Below, one piece after another: positions 53,918 through 63,603 of a DNA stretch of 64,000 nt; within the stretch, counting starts at the first letter, position 1, and each line of letters starts with the position of its first letter. This DNA comes from an uncultured Chlamydiae bacterium. GTDB taxonomy: Bacteria > Chlamydiota > Chlamydiia > Chlamydiales > JAJFMB01. Made by a program: the position numbers and the translations under genes. Below the pieces are notes generated by a model, which worked only from the letters and a program-made list of their open reading frames with translations, ran no database searches and was not told the DNA's origin. The DNA is taken from NCBI GenBank assembly GCA_963696295.1, contig CAVOJR010000001.1:2240001-2304000 (forward strand). The letters run 5' to 3'.

Positions 53918-56632
53918 CTAAGCGTGCTGCGACTCAAGCAAACGGTAGTTGATTTTACCTGTTCCCATGATCGGTATTTCACTAAGTTCAATTACGGAAG
54001 ATACCTTGACCAGATTGCTGAAACCCGATTCCCTTAAAACTTCATTGACCTCTTCCGTCGTCGTGTGAAACTTGGTAAAAAGAAATATCTTAGCCTTTTC
54101 TCCCGCCTCTTCTTTGGCGCTCACGGCCACAGCAGGGCCCTCGGAATGGATATGCCAATTTTTATTATGAGCCTGTTCTAAAATGGCATTTTCAATAGCC
54201 GTCAGACTGATCATCTCCCCGCCGATTTTGATAAACCGCTTTTTGCGGCCGGAAATGGTCAAATTATTTTGCCGATCCAGGAAACCAAGATCTCCCGTCA
54301 CATACCAATTCTTTTCCCCTTCAAATTCAATGAAAGGCGATTTTAAACCGGGATTGAGATAGCCTGAGAAAATATTCGGACCCTTTGCGATAATCATTCC
54401 TTGGGAGCCAATGGGGATGGGGGCATAGGTCTCCTGATCGACCACGCGGATTTGGACGCTTGGAAGCTGCTTGCCAACACCTACAATCGGCTTTCCGGGA
54501 ATATTCAAAGTCAAAACAGGTCCGCATTCCGTTATCCCATAACCCTCAGAAAGAGCTTCCTTTTTGCCGATTGCTTCCATCATCGATACCAATTCCGGTG
54601 GAGTTTTTTCCGCGCCGGTAATGCACAATCTCAGTTTATTCAACTGTTCTTTCTTGGCCGATTTGAGCATATTTTTGACAAATGTCGGCGCACTGCAAAT
54701 AGCCGTTACCCCCCATTTTTCACACGTGTCGCTCAGCTGCTTGCCGTTGGTAGGATCGGGAGAGAAACAGATTCTGATGCCGGCTAAAAGGCCGAGCAAT
54801 CCTCCAAAACTTAAGCCAAAAGAGTGGAAGGGAGGGAGAAAGCCATACATGCAGTCCGTCGAGTTAATTTCTACCAGTGATAAAGCATCTCTTTGATTGC
54901 TCAAAAGATTTTCATGGCTTAATGGTACACCTTTAGGCATGCTTTCCGTGCCGCTAGTAAATAAGAGAACCGCAGTGTCGTTCTTGGATTTATCAGCAAT
55001 ATGAAAATGATTCAGGATGGCTTTGGTTGAACGCCTCGACCAGTAAAGAGCGCTCAATTTGGCCCTGATGCCGAATTCATTGCGTACATCCTCCAGCATG
55101 ATCATCCGGTCATCTATGCCATTGAAATCCACATTTTCGAGCCGGTCGATAAAAGCCCAGGAAGTCAAAACCGCTTGAACGTTCGACAATTGCACGACAG
55201 ATTCCAAATGGCGCGGGCCTATGGTCCAGTTGACCATCAAAGGAATTTTTCCCGCTAGCTGGCAGGCGAGGACGCAGACATAAGCCGGGACGCTGGCCGG
55301 CAGCAAAATGCCGACATAGTCGCCAGGCAGCTTGCGGATATACTCAGCGAGCAGCAAAGTGCGTATCTTTAGCTGGTGATAGGTAAGGATGCCGGAGCGC
55401 ATATCCCCGCAGGCGGCTTGCGAACCGAGCCTGGCGCAATTGTTTAAAAAACTCTCAGGAATTGTTTTTCCCTCTGCCACCATACATCGGCGATCGGGTG
55501 TCTTTTGGAACCATTTCCCCATATGAAAGCTGTCGGTTTCGGCAGCTGTATCCTGATAGGTGATCTGCTTGGCGGCGATGGCAAAGGTTTTTCCAACCGT
55601 GGTCATCTCCTGGATCGGAACACCGCTGATATCGAATTTGTCGTGCAGGAAAGTGTATAGTTCGGCGATATCCAGCGAATCCAGACCCAAATTGGTGCCC
55701 AATTCGAGATCGGGGGTTATTTTCTCCGGATCGACATTCGCTATGCGCGCTATTTCCCCGGTTATCTTATCTTTTAGCTGCTGAGGAATTTTATCTAATT
55801 TGATGTTATGCTCTTTGGAGTTTTTTGGGGAAAAAAGCTCGGGGATCTCCTTCTTAAAACAGCTATAGGAAACTAAAACTAAAGAATCGCCCATCTTCTG
55901 ATCGGAGAGTCCGTCGGGGAGATTGTACCAATTTTCTAAATATTTATTTAATTCCAGGCGGGAGCTGCGGTAAGGAAAATCGGCCGGTGCCGGAACAAAC
56001 TCAACAATGACCTGTCTTTTCGGGATAAAGAGTATGAAATTCTTTAAAACTGATTTGATCCCATGCCATAGGGTGGAAGTCATAGAAGGAGTTTTTCCGG
56101 TAAAAGCCCTGGAAAAAGTGCTTCCCCAAAGACCTTTAATCCTTACGAGCACGACATTTGCTTCCGGAACTTCCTGCAGCAGGCGATGGACGGCCGAATT
56201 TGCCCCGATCTCCTCCATTGACGTTTGTTTGAGACCCCCGGCCGGATAGATCAAAAAATTGTCGCCTTTTTTTAAATCGGCGCTGATCGATTTCATCATC
56301 GTTTCATTTTTTTTCTTTTTCAAGCTGTTGCTGCCCTCGGAAAAATTGGGGACCGGCAACGCATTAACCAACTTCAAACAGCTATTAACCAACGGTTTGT
56401 AATACATATATTCCACAACCATGGGGCGGACGGGAAATTTGCGCCATATGCCCATAGTCACAATGACCGGGTCTATAAAAACGGTCGGATGGTTGGGGAG
56501 GAAGAGAATGCCGCCGGGTTTGTTAAGCGTTTCAGGGGTGAGATTTTCGAGACCTTTAAAGGTTATGCGGTAGCGGAAAAGTAGAACAAACCGCAAAAAA
56601 AAGTCTATAAAATTAAGGGCGATGGTTTTCAT
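53918..56632 (-). CDS. aas: Fused acyltransferase-ACP-acyl-ACP synthetase (Aas-like)
   Basis: PNHPTVFID and IYPAG (PlsC-like), LGLDSLD (carrier serine), FTSGTESMPKG, EGYGITE, WYVTGDLG. Confidence 0.88.
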   Translation of the reverse strand: MKTIALNFIDFFLRFVLLFRYRITFKGLENLTPETLNKPGGILFLPNHPTVFIDPVIVTMGIWRKFPVRPMVVEYMYYKPLVNSCLKLVNALPVPNFSEGSNSLKKKKNETMMKSISADLKKGDNFLIYPAGGLKQTSMEEIGANSAVHRLLQEVPEANVVLVRIKGLWGSTFSRAFTGKTPSMTSTLWHGIKSVLKNFILFIPKRQVIVEFVPAPADFPYRSSRLELNKYLENWYNLPDGLSDQKMGDSLVLVSYSCFKKEIPELFSPKNSKEHNIKLDKIPQQLKDKITGEIARIANVDPEKITPDLELGTNLGLDSLDIAELYTFLHDKFDISGVPIQEMTTVGKTFAIAAKQITYQDTAAETDSFHMGKWFQKTPDRRCMVAEGKTIPESFLNNCARLGSQAACGDMRSGILTYHQLKIRTLLLAEYIRKLPGDYVGILLPASVPAYVCVLACQLAGKIPLMVNWTIGPRHLESVVQLSNVQAVLTSWAFIDRLENVDFNGIDDRMIMLEDVRNEFGIRAKLSALYWSRRSTKAILNHFHIADKSKNDTAVLLFTSGTESMPKGVPLSHENLLSNQRDALSLVEINSTDCMYGFLPPFHSFGLSFGGLLGLLAGIRICFSPDPTNGKQLSDTCEKWGVTAICSAPTFVKNMLKSAKKEQLNKLRLCITGAEKTPPELVSMMEAIGKKEALSEGYGITECGPVLTLNIPGKPIVGVGKQLPSVQIRVVDQETYAPIPIGSQGMIIAKGPNIFSGYLNPGLKSPFIEFEGEKNWYVTGDLGFLDRQNNLTISGRKKRFIKIGGEMISLTAIENAILEQAHNKNWHIHSEGPAVAVSAKEEAGEKAKIFLFTKFHTTTEEVNEVLRESGFSNLVKVSSVIELSEIPIMGTGKINYRLLESQHA

Positions 56633-56780
56633 AAAACTCCAGATGTTTTAACAGAATTATGTCGGTAACGGTGCAATCTTGACAAGAAAAATTCCATAAA
56701 TTATATAAAATATATTTTAATATTGTTTTATTATTTAACTGTTATTATACTAATTCAGGTTTAGTAATAAAGAGAATATA

Positions 56781-57809
56781 ATGGTAGATTTTAGTCCGTT
56801 GAGAGGCAAGTCCGCATGGATTAGTTTTCATGACGCCGTAAAAGGTCCCGCAGACACAGCCGGAAAGCTCCTTGAAATGGATAATATCGGCAAGTCGCTG
56901 CTTTCGGTATTTAAAGTTTTTGATCTCGCCTATATGCCGAACCTTCCTCCCTTTTTTCAAAAACTCGCCAGTGACAACAAAGTCTGCATCGACGTCATTG
57001 CTTCCTTCAAAGTTGTGTTCACTCTGAAAAAAATCACTACCTGCGACGTGGTCGGGAGAACCTATTGGGAAACGCATAAAGTCACAGAGATAGTCGATGT
57101 GGTTTTTACCTTGGGCTCCAATTTAATCGGTACGGTCAGATATGTCAGCCGTTTGGCCTCTATTGCCCTGCCGGCTTCCCTGACCCTTTGGAAAATGGGC
57201 TTTACTTGTGTTTCCTACACGTGCCGCGGCTATAACGATAACCAGAATATCATAAAATTCAAAAAAGAATTAGCTGTATTGAGTGCGAGAAAGGCGGATT
57301 CCGATGGAAAAATTCGCTCATTGAGCGATCAGGAATTCAAAGACAAATATCATCTGAAGAGGGATATTTGCGGAAAGAAAATAGCTTTATTGAACAGAAA
57401 GATTGAGAGGCTATGCCAAAACCCACCGAAAAACGAGCTGGCGGCAAGGCGGGAAAGGGCTTTTAATTGCCACAAATTGATTGAAAAGTGGGAATTGAAG
57501 TTTAACCGGTATGAAAAATATCTTTGCGCGCTTGATTTTGACCCGATAGACCGCTTTTGCGCATTGAAGAAAGAGAAATGGGTCAACCGCATAAAAAAAT
57601 GCAATAATAATTTGACTGACAAACTCTATTCCCGAGCTTTCCACCTCACTTTCGCAGCGACCTTAGCGCTTGGCATACTCGCTTCATTGCTTGCTGTACA
57701 GCATGTGGTTATTACATCTGTTTTGACAGGTATGGGGGTGGTTGTATCCGCCATCGGTATGAAATGGCTGATCGACCAGCCTACAGAAAAAGCATATAAA
57801 ATAATTTAA
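56781..57809 (+). CDS. Hypothetical membrane protein, Inc-like C-terminal hydrophobic hairpin
   Basis: 342 aa with a coiled coil and a C-terminal bilobed hydrophobic stretch. Confidence 0.7.
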   Translation: MVDFSPLRGKSAWISFHDAVKGPADTAGKLLEMDNIGKSLLSVFKVFDLAYMPNLPPFFQKLASDNKVCIDVIASFKVVFTLKKITTCDVVGRTYWETHKVTEIVDVVFTLGSNLIGTVRYVSRLASIALPASLTLWKMGFTCVSYTCRGYNDNQNIIKFKKELAVLSARKADSDGKIRSLSDQEFKDKYHLKRDICGKKIALLNRKIERLCQNPPKNELAARRERAFNCHKLIEKWELKFNRYEKYLCALDFDPIDRFCALKKEKWVNRIKKCNNNLTDKLYSRAFHLTFAATLALGILASLLAVQHVVITSVLTGMGVVVSAIGMKWLIDQPTEKAYKII

Positions 57810-57922
57810 ATGTAAAATATTTCTTTACTTCATTTTAATTGTTTTTCCTTTACAATTTCTAGTAAATTCTATATTATAGGCCTTTAGTTAATATATCGTT
57901 AAGATTTTTGGAGGATGACGAA

Positions 57923-59842
57923 ATGGGTGTTGCGATAAGATCTGCATTTAATGCAGTGATAAATACGGGTTGTGCTGCGGCGGATAAGGCATATAAGACA
58001 GCTGACAAAGGATTGCTCTGGGCGAGCGAAATTCGTAAAAGCCCTGATGCAACAGAAAATTCTATCCGCTTTGTCGGTTTTGTCGCTCTCGGCGTTCTTC
58101 AAACAACCACGCCGACGACGCCGCTTTGGAAAAATTTGAGCGTCAGATTGGTCGATAATGCCGACTTCCTCTGCAGCGTGCAAATTTTCCAAAACCTCAA
58201 TTATTGGGTAAACGGCGGCTGGAGAGAAGGCGACTACCTTCCAAAGTTTGCTAACCTGGTATTTACCAACGTGACAGCATCCTGTGTGGTTTTGCTGCTC
58301 GACCAGTGGAAATTCCTCGAAGTCGGTCAATTGGCAGCTACTATCGGCACCAAAGTTCCCCTGTTAAAATGGGTGACCGAGCGCACGGTCAATGAGTATT
58401 TGCGCAGCCAGTTGGCCATAGGTTTTCTTCTGCTTGATGTTCACCAACTCTGGTGCGGCTATGACAATTTCATCGAATTCCGGAGAAGCCAGGCCGAGTG
58501 CGCGAGATTAGGGGCGTCAATAAATACCCAACAGGGGAATATTCCTCAATTGCAAGCCCAATTAGTTCTCGAAAAAGATAAAATGGATCTGGCAAAATTG
58601 AAGTTAAAACAAAACATGGTAGACGTTGCGCAGTTTACCTCCCAGGTGGCTTTGAACGTCCTTTGCGTTTACGGATATGGGGCGGCCTCTCCGGTGATTA
58701 TCGGGTGGGGATTAACCTCTTACGGCATAGGCGTTTTCAGTTTTCTTTATAAAAACTCCAATAAAGCAACGTTGGAAAGACTCGAAAACAGGATCAATCC
58801 CCCTCAAATTTTAAATCCCGATGAGTATCCGCTCTTTTCATCTCCAAGCCAGTTTGATCCTCGCCATTATTTGGATTTTGCCGCCCGGCTTGTCACCAAG
58901 TTTGAAGGATTGGATAACCTCTGCAAATTGGTTGGTGGGATGTTCGAGTTTCAAGATAAGTGTAGAAAATCTATAACCCAGCCCTACAAAAATATCAAGG
59001 CGACCTTAGACGCCAATGTGGAATTTAACAAGTTTACCAATTTGTTCCCCAGAACGCAAAAGCAGGGGGAACAGGTTTATAAAGGCAAAGTGAGCTGGAA
59101 GGAGACTATAGGTTCTGTTGGCTTGCTCGGTGTGACGATTTTTGAATCGTTTAGCTGGTGCTGGTCCATGAACGATCTAGGCAAGGCAGGCAATGTGTTT
59201 AAAGTATGGAAAAACGGCTTCTTCATCACGGGCCTTACTGCCAATATCGTATCGGATAGTTATAAACTTGATAAATATGACTCCCGTAAAAATTTAGCGA
59301 CTGCAAAACTACAAAAATGGGCGAACCATCCCTTGCGTACTTGTAATACGACTGCTGAGATCAGACAGCTTTATACCGATAAAATCACAAATCAACCAGA
59401 TTCCCCTAAGCGGGCAAATTGGCAGAAAAAAATAGATGAGATAGCAGCTCTCGATGCAGCTGGCCATGTGAGCTATGTAGCCCGGTACAAACAACATATT
59501 CAAAAGAAGCAGGATGATTGGCGCGAAATCGGCGCCTATTTGAACAACGCGAAAAGGGGCGCCGGCATGGCCCGCGATAACTCCGCAATTAAAGTGGTGT
59601 CGCTCTGTGTTGATATGGCGGTTATTTCATTAACTGTATCCAAAGTAACTACAGCCATCATCCCCGTTATTGGCCTGCAAATCGCCGCGATTGATCGCGC
59701 CAAACAGGTCTTTACGATGGTCAATCTGGGGCTGGGTTTGAAAGGATTGTATACGATCCACTTTAAAGAATATTTTGTAGATGATTTTAAAAATCACCTT
59801 ATAACAAAAAGAAATATTAAGCCTGCGAAACTTGACGTCTAA
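57923..59842 (+). CDS. Hypothetical membrane protein, apparent internal duplication, paralogue of the upstream gene
   Basis: RBS GGAGG; DNLCK and FKVWKNGF match DNIGK and LTLWKMGF of the upstream ORF. Confidence 0.7.
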   Translation: MGVAIRSAFNAVINTGCAAADKAYKTADKGLLWASEIRKSPDATENSIRFVGFVALGVLQTTTPTTPLWKNLSVRLVDNADFLCSVQIFQNLNYWVNGGWREGDYLPKFANLVFTNVTASCVVLLLDQWKFLEVGQLAATIGTKVPLLKWVTERTVNEYLRSQLAIGFLLLDVHQLWCGYDNFIEFRRSQAECARLGASINTQQGNIPQLQAQLVLEKDKMDLAKLKLKQNMVDVAQFTSQVALNVLCVYGYGAASPVIIGWGLTSYGIGVFSFLYKNSNKATLERLENRINPPQILNPDEYPLFSSPSQFDPRHYLDFAARLVTKFEGLDNLCKLVGGMFEFQDKCRKSITQPYKNIKATLDANVEFNKFTNLFPRTQKQGEQVYKGKVSWKETIGSVGLLGVTIFESFSWCWSMNDLGKAGNVFKVWKNGFFITGLTANIVSDSYKLDKYDSRKNLATAKLQKWANHPLRTCNTTAEIRQLYTDKITNQPDSPKRANWQKKIDEIAALDAAGHVSYVARYKQHIQKKQDDWREIGAYLNNAKRGAGMARDNSAIKVVSLCVDMAVISLTVSKVTTAIIPVIGLQIAAIDRAKQVFTMVNLGLGLKGLYTIHFKEYFVDDFKNHLITKRNIKPAKLDV

Positions 59843-60191
59843 TGATAAGCTCAGTATGGCTGAGTGGGCATTAATTGCTCTCTTTGGTGGAGCGATGCTA
59901 GGTATTGGCATCGCTTCACTCCCTCCCCAAAATGTTTCCCTTTCAGACACTTCAGAGTCCCTTATAGATATCTCAATCGTTGGGGCGGTTTCTAATCCCG
60001 GCGTTTATCAGGTGCCTGCCAATGCCACCCTCCGCGAAGCGCTAGCTTTAACTTCATTTTTGCCCGATGCAAACCCGCAAAAACTCAAGTGGGAGTCTAA
60101 AGTTCGCCAGGGGCAAGTGATAAAAGTGGCGAAGAAGCGGAAAAAAATAAAGAAGTTCGATTCTTCTATTGTGGAAAAATCGCAAGTTTGA
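59832..60191 (+). CDS. SLBB-domain membrane protein (ComEA N-terminus-like, no HhH)
   Basis: TM helix then ISIVGAVSNPGVYQVPANATLREAL. Confidence 0.8.
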   Translation: MTSNDKLSMAEWALIALFGGAMLGIGIASLPPQNVSLSDTSESLIDISIVGAVSNPGVYQVPANATLREALALTSFLPDANPQKLKWESKVRQGQVIKVAKKRKKIKKFDSSIVEKSQV

Positions 60192-60386
60192 TAATGTTTT
60201 CCTTTCACCGATTGAGAAAGGCTGTAAGAGCAGTCTTAAGTCGCTTGAAAGTTCTGATTAGAAACACATTTCATGTGTACCTTTTCACAAACTGACAAGT
60301 TTTTAGATCTTTAATCGTAAAATGAAATGAAATTTTTGATTAGTTCATCTAGTGTTAACTAGACTATAAGTTTTAGGAATTGATAT

Positions 60387-61052
60387 ATGGCTCTAAAATT
60401 AATGGGTAGAAAGCGCGGAATGATTCAGCTGTTTGATGAAAACGGCAATATTGTTCCATGTACTGTTGTAGAGATTGAACCAAACGTCGTTGTACAAGTG
60501 AAAACTAAAGATACAAAAGATAAGTACAATGCTGTGCAGTTGGGTTTTGAGAAAATTAAAGCAAAAGATCCAAGAAGATTCGAAAAAAGAGTTACCAAGC
60601 CTAAAAAAGGTCACTTTGCTAAAGGCGATGTTCCACCTCGCAAATTCTTAAAAGAATCTAGAATTGAAAAAGCTTCAGAATTTCAAGTCGGCCAAGAGAT
60701 TGGCGTAGAAGCTTTCACAGATCTGGAATTTGTTGATGTTACAGCAATATCGAAAGGTAAGGGCTTTCAAGGGGTAATGAAGAAGTACAATTTCTCAGGC
60801 GGTCCTGCCGCTCACGGTTCTGGCTTCCATCGCCATGCCGGTTCGACGGGGATGCGTTCCACACCAGGCCGTTGCTTTCCAAATAGCCCGCGGCCCAGTC
60901 ATATGGGCGACGTTCAAGTCACTGTTCAGAACCTGAAAGTGGTTAAAGTTGATGTAGCTAATCACGTGCTGGTTATTAAAGGGGCTGTTCCTGGTGCCAG
61001 AAATGGGTTGGTATATCTTTCCCAAGCCGAAAAAAAATATGCGAAACAATAA
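60387..61052 (+). CDS. rplC: 50S ribosomal protein L3
   Basis: SKGKGFQGVMK, GPAAHGS. Confidence 0.99.
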   Translation: MALKLMGRKRGMIQLFDENGNIVPCTVVEIEPNVVVQVKTKDTKDKYNAVQLGFEKIKAKDPRRFEKRVTKPKKGHFAKGDVPPRKFLKESRIEKASEFQVGQEIGVEAFTDLEFVDVTAISKGKGFQGVMKKYNFSGGPAAHGSGFHRHAGSTGMRSTPGRCFPNSPRPSHMGDVQVTVQNLKVVKVDVANHVLVIKGAVPGARNGLVYLSQAEKKYAKQ

Positions 61053-61074
61053 AAGTTATTCGGAGTAAAAGATC

Positions 61075-61761
61075 GTGGCAACACTAAAAAAGTATAACAT
61101 CGATGGCAAAGAAGTTGGTGAAGTTCATGTTGACGAAAGTTTAGCTGAATTCGATGTCAATAGTCAGATGGTTAAAGATTATATTGTAGCATTGAGAAAC
61201 AATGCCAGACAATGGTCTGCATGCACAAAAACGAGAGCCGAAGTAAAACATACGACAAAGAAAAGTGTAAAGCAAAAAGGTACGGGCGGCGCCCGCCATG
61301 GTAACCTAGTTGCCGGTCAGTTCCGAGGCGGAGGTATTGTTTTTGGACCAAAACCAAAGTTTGATCAGCATGTAAAAATTAACCAGAAAGAAAGAAAGGC
61401 TGCAATCCGATATTTGATTAGTCAAAGAATTGCTTCAGGCCATGTTAGAATTCTCGAAAATACAAAGCTGAATGAGCCAAAAACAAAAGCTGCCGCTAAT
61501 TTTATTCGCAATTGCGGACTAAAAGGCAAAATCTTGATTTTGGGCGAGGGGAATACAGAGGTTGTTTCTGTTGAAGGAAGAGAACATAAAGTAAGCGTTG
61601 CTGCAGATCAACACAAAAACTTTGTGCGAAGTGTGCAAAATATTCCTAATGTCAACTTTTCTTTAGCTAAAAATATCAGCGGATATGATGTGGTTTGCGC
61701 AAGAGAGTTAGTGCTAACGGAAAAAGCGCTTATCGAAGTCAAAGAATGGTTGTGTGGATAA
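61075..61761 (+). CDS. rplD: 50S ribosomal protein L4
   Basis: TKTRAEV, QKGTGGARHG, GGGIVFGPKP. Confidence 0.99.
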   Translation: MATLKKYNIDGKEVGEVHVDESLAEFDVNSQMVKDYIVALRNNARQWSACTKTRAEVKHTTKKSVKQKGTGGARHGNLVAGQFRGGGIVFGPKPKFDQHVKINQKERKAAIRYLISQRIASGHVRILENTKLNEPKTKAAANFIRNCGLKGKILILGEGNTEVVSVEGREHKVSVAADQHKNFVRSVQNIPNVNFSLAKNISGYDVVCARELVLTEKALIEVKEWLCG

Positions 61762-61771
61762 AGGGTAAAAA

Positions 61772-62110
61772 ATGGAAAAAGGTAGAGATCCGTATCAAAT
61801 AATTAAACATCGCCATGTTACTGAAAAGGCGACGATGCTGCAAGAGTTGCAAAATGCTAAAAGCAACCCGTCAGTAAGTAAGTTTGAATTGCCTAAATAT
61901 GTTTTTGTGGTTGACAGAGATGCCGATAAAAGACAGATCGCCAGAGCGGTAGAGCAAATCTACCAAAAACTCAATGTGCGTGTGGTTTCTGTTAACACGA
62001 TAAATGTAAAAGGAAAGAAACGCCGCGTTAGAGGACGTGTTGGATTTAAAGCAGCCTTTAAAAAAGCAATTGTGACTCTGGAAAAGGGTGACAAATTAGA
62101 TAACGTTTGA
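61772..62110 (+). CDS. rplW: 50S ribosomal protein L23
   Basis: VTEKA, VNTIN, KKAIVTL. Confidence 0.98.
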   Translation: MEKGRDPYQIIKHRHVTEKATMLQELQNAKSNPSVSKFELPKYVFVVDRDADKRQIARAVEQIYQKLNVRVVSVNTINVKGKKRRVRGRVGFKAAFKKAIVTLEKGDKLDNV

Positions 62111-62133
62111 AGTAAAGAAGAGGTTTAGACCCT

Positions 62134-62979
62134 ATGTTGCGAAAATATAAACCGGTTACTCCGAGTAGACGTCAGTTAGTTCTTCCAATGAATGAAAAGT
62201 TAACGCGTGCGGAAGGAAAGAAAAAACAGACTGTAGAACCGGAAAAAAGTTTGCTGTTAACTAAAAGACGGACCAATGGTCGAAACAATCTGGGAAGAAT
62301 CACATGCCGTCATAAAGGTGGCGGACATAAGAGAAAATTCAGGATTGTCGACTTTAAACGCGATAAAGAGAACATCCCAGCTACTGTTGCCTCTATCGAG
62401 TATGATCCTAACAGATCCGCTTATATCGCCCTTTTAAACTATATCGATGGGGAAAAGCGATATATTGTGGCTCCTGAAGGCCTTAAAGCAGGGGATAAAG
62501 TGCAAACAAGCGATGAACCGCCATTTCATGTGGGTTGCTGCATGCGTTTGAAATTTATGCCGGTTGGTTCCACTATCCATAATATTGAGATGTATCCTGG
62601 TAAAGGGGCTGTTTTGGTCCGTTCAGCAGGCTTGTCCGCTCAGTTAATGGCCCGAAGCGGCGGTTATGCCACATTGCGCATGCCCTCCGGTGAGGTTCGC
62701 ATGGTTAATGAAGATTGCCGCGCAACGTTTGGCACTGTATCCAATTCCGAACACAGTTTGCGAGTTGAAGGTAAAGCCGGAAGAAATAGATGGAAAGGGA
62801 TTCGCCCAACCGTTCGCGGTACTGTGATGAACCCGGTTGACCACCCTCACGGTGGTGGTGAAGGTAAAAGTAAAGGTAATATTCCTCAGACCCCTTGGGC
62901 TCAATTTACCCGGGGATTACGTACTAGACCACAGAAAAAATCTAACAAGTTTATTGTTAAGGATCGAAGGAAGAAATAA
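62134..62979 (+). CDS. rplB: 50S ribosomal protein L2
   Basis: [25 protein letters not shown]. Confidence 0.99.
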   Translation: MLRKYKPVTPSRRQLVLPMNEKLTRAEGKKKQTVEPEKSLLLTKRRTNGRNNLGRITCRHKGGGHKRKFRIVDFKRDKENIPATVASIEYDPNRSAYIALLNYIDGEKRYIVAPEGLKAGDKVQTSDEPPFHVGCCMRLKFMPVGSTIHNIEMYPGKGAVLVRSAGLSAQLMARSGGYATLRMPSGEVRMVNEDCRATFGTVSNSEHSLRVEGKAGRNRWKGIRPTVRGTVMNPVDHPHGGGEGKSKGNIPQTPWAQFTRGLRTRPQKKSNKFIVKDRRKK

Positions 62980-62981
62980 CT

Positions 62982-63245
62982 ATGAGTAGATCACTTAAAA
63001 AAGGTCCATTTGTCGATCACCATTTATTGGCTAAAGTTGATAAATTAAATCAAATTGGATCAAAGCAGCCAATAAAGACATGGTCAAGAAGATCAATGAT
63101 ACTACCTGACATGATTGGTCATACTTTTGAAGTGCATAACGGAAAGAAATTTTTAACTGTATTTGTTTCCGAGAATATGGTGGGACATCGCTTGGGTGAA
63201 TTCTCGCCGACAAGAACATTTAAAGGCCATCCAGTTAAAAAGTAG
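62982..63245 (+). CDS. rpsS: 30S ribosomal protein S19
   Basis: [23 protein letters not shown]. Confidence 0.99.
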   Translation: MSRSLKKGPFVDHHLLAKVDKLNQIGSKQPIKTWSRRSMILPDMIGHTFEVHNGKKFLTVFVSENMVGHRLGEFSPTRTFKGHPVKK

Positions 63246-63256
63246 AAGGTAAAACT

Positions 63257-63592
63257 ATGAGTCGTGCAAAAGCGATTACAAAATTTGTTCGAATCAGTCC
63301 GCGAAAGGCGCGTTTAGCTGCTGATATTATTCGCGGATTGCCGGTACCTGAGGCAACGTTACAGTTAGACTATTGTCAGCTAAAAGGTGGTAAATTACTG
63401 AAGAAAACCCTTGATAGCGCAGTTGCAAATGGTGAAAACGAGTCTGACATGCGCAGGGAAAATATGCAAGTGCTTGAAGTCAGAGTCGATGCAGGACCGA
63501 TATTAAAACGTGCCAAACCACGTAATAAAGGTGGAAGGCATCCAATTATGAAAAGAACCAGTCACTTTACAGTGGTTGTTGGAGTAGCATAA
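63257..63592 (+). CDS. rplV: 50S ribosomal protein L22
   Basis: RISPRKARL, KRTSHFTV. Confidence 0.99.
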   Translation: MSRAKAITKFVRISPRKARLAADIIRGLPVPEATLQLDYCQLKGGKLLKKTLDSAVANGENESDMRRENMQVLEVRVDAGPILKRAKPRNKGGRHPIMKRTSHFTVVVGVA

Positions 63593-63603
63593 GGAGTATC
63601 TGG

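Noticed and set aside
60192..60386. Absence of rpsJ before rplC as a novelty
   Set aside because: This is the known arrangement in chlamydiae, where rpsJ lies elsewhere.
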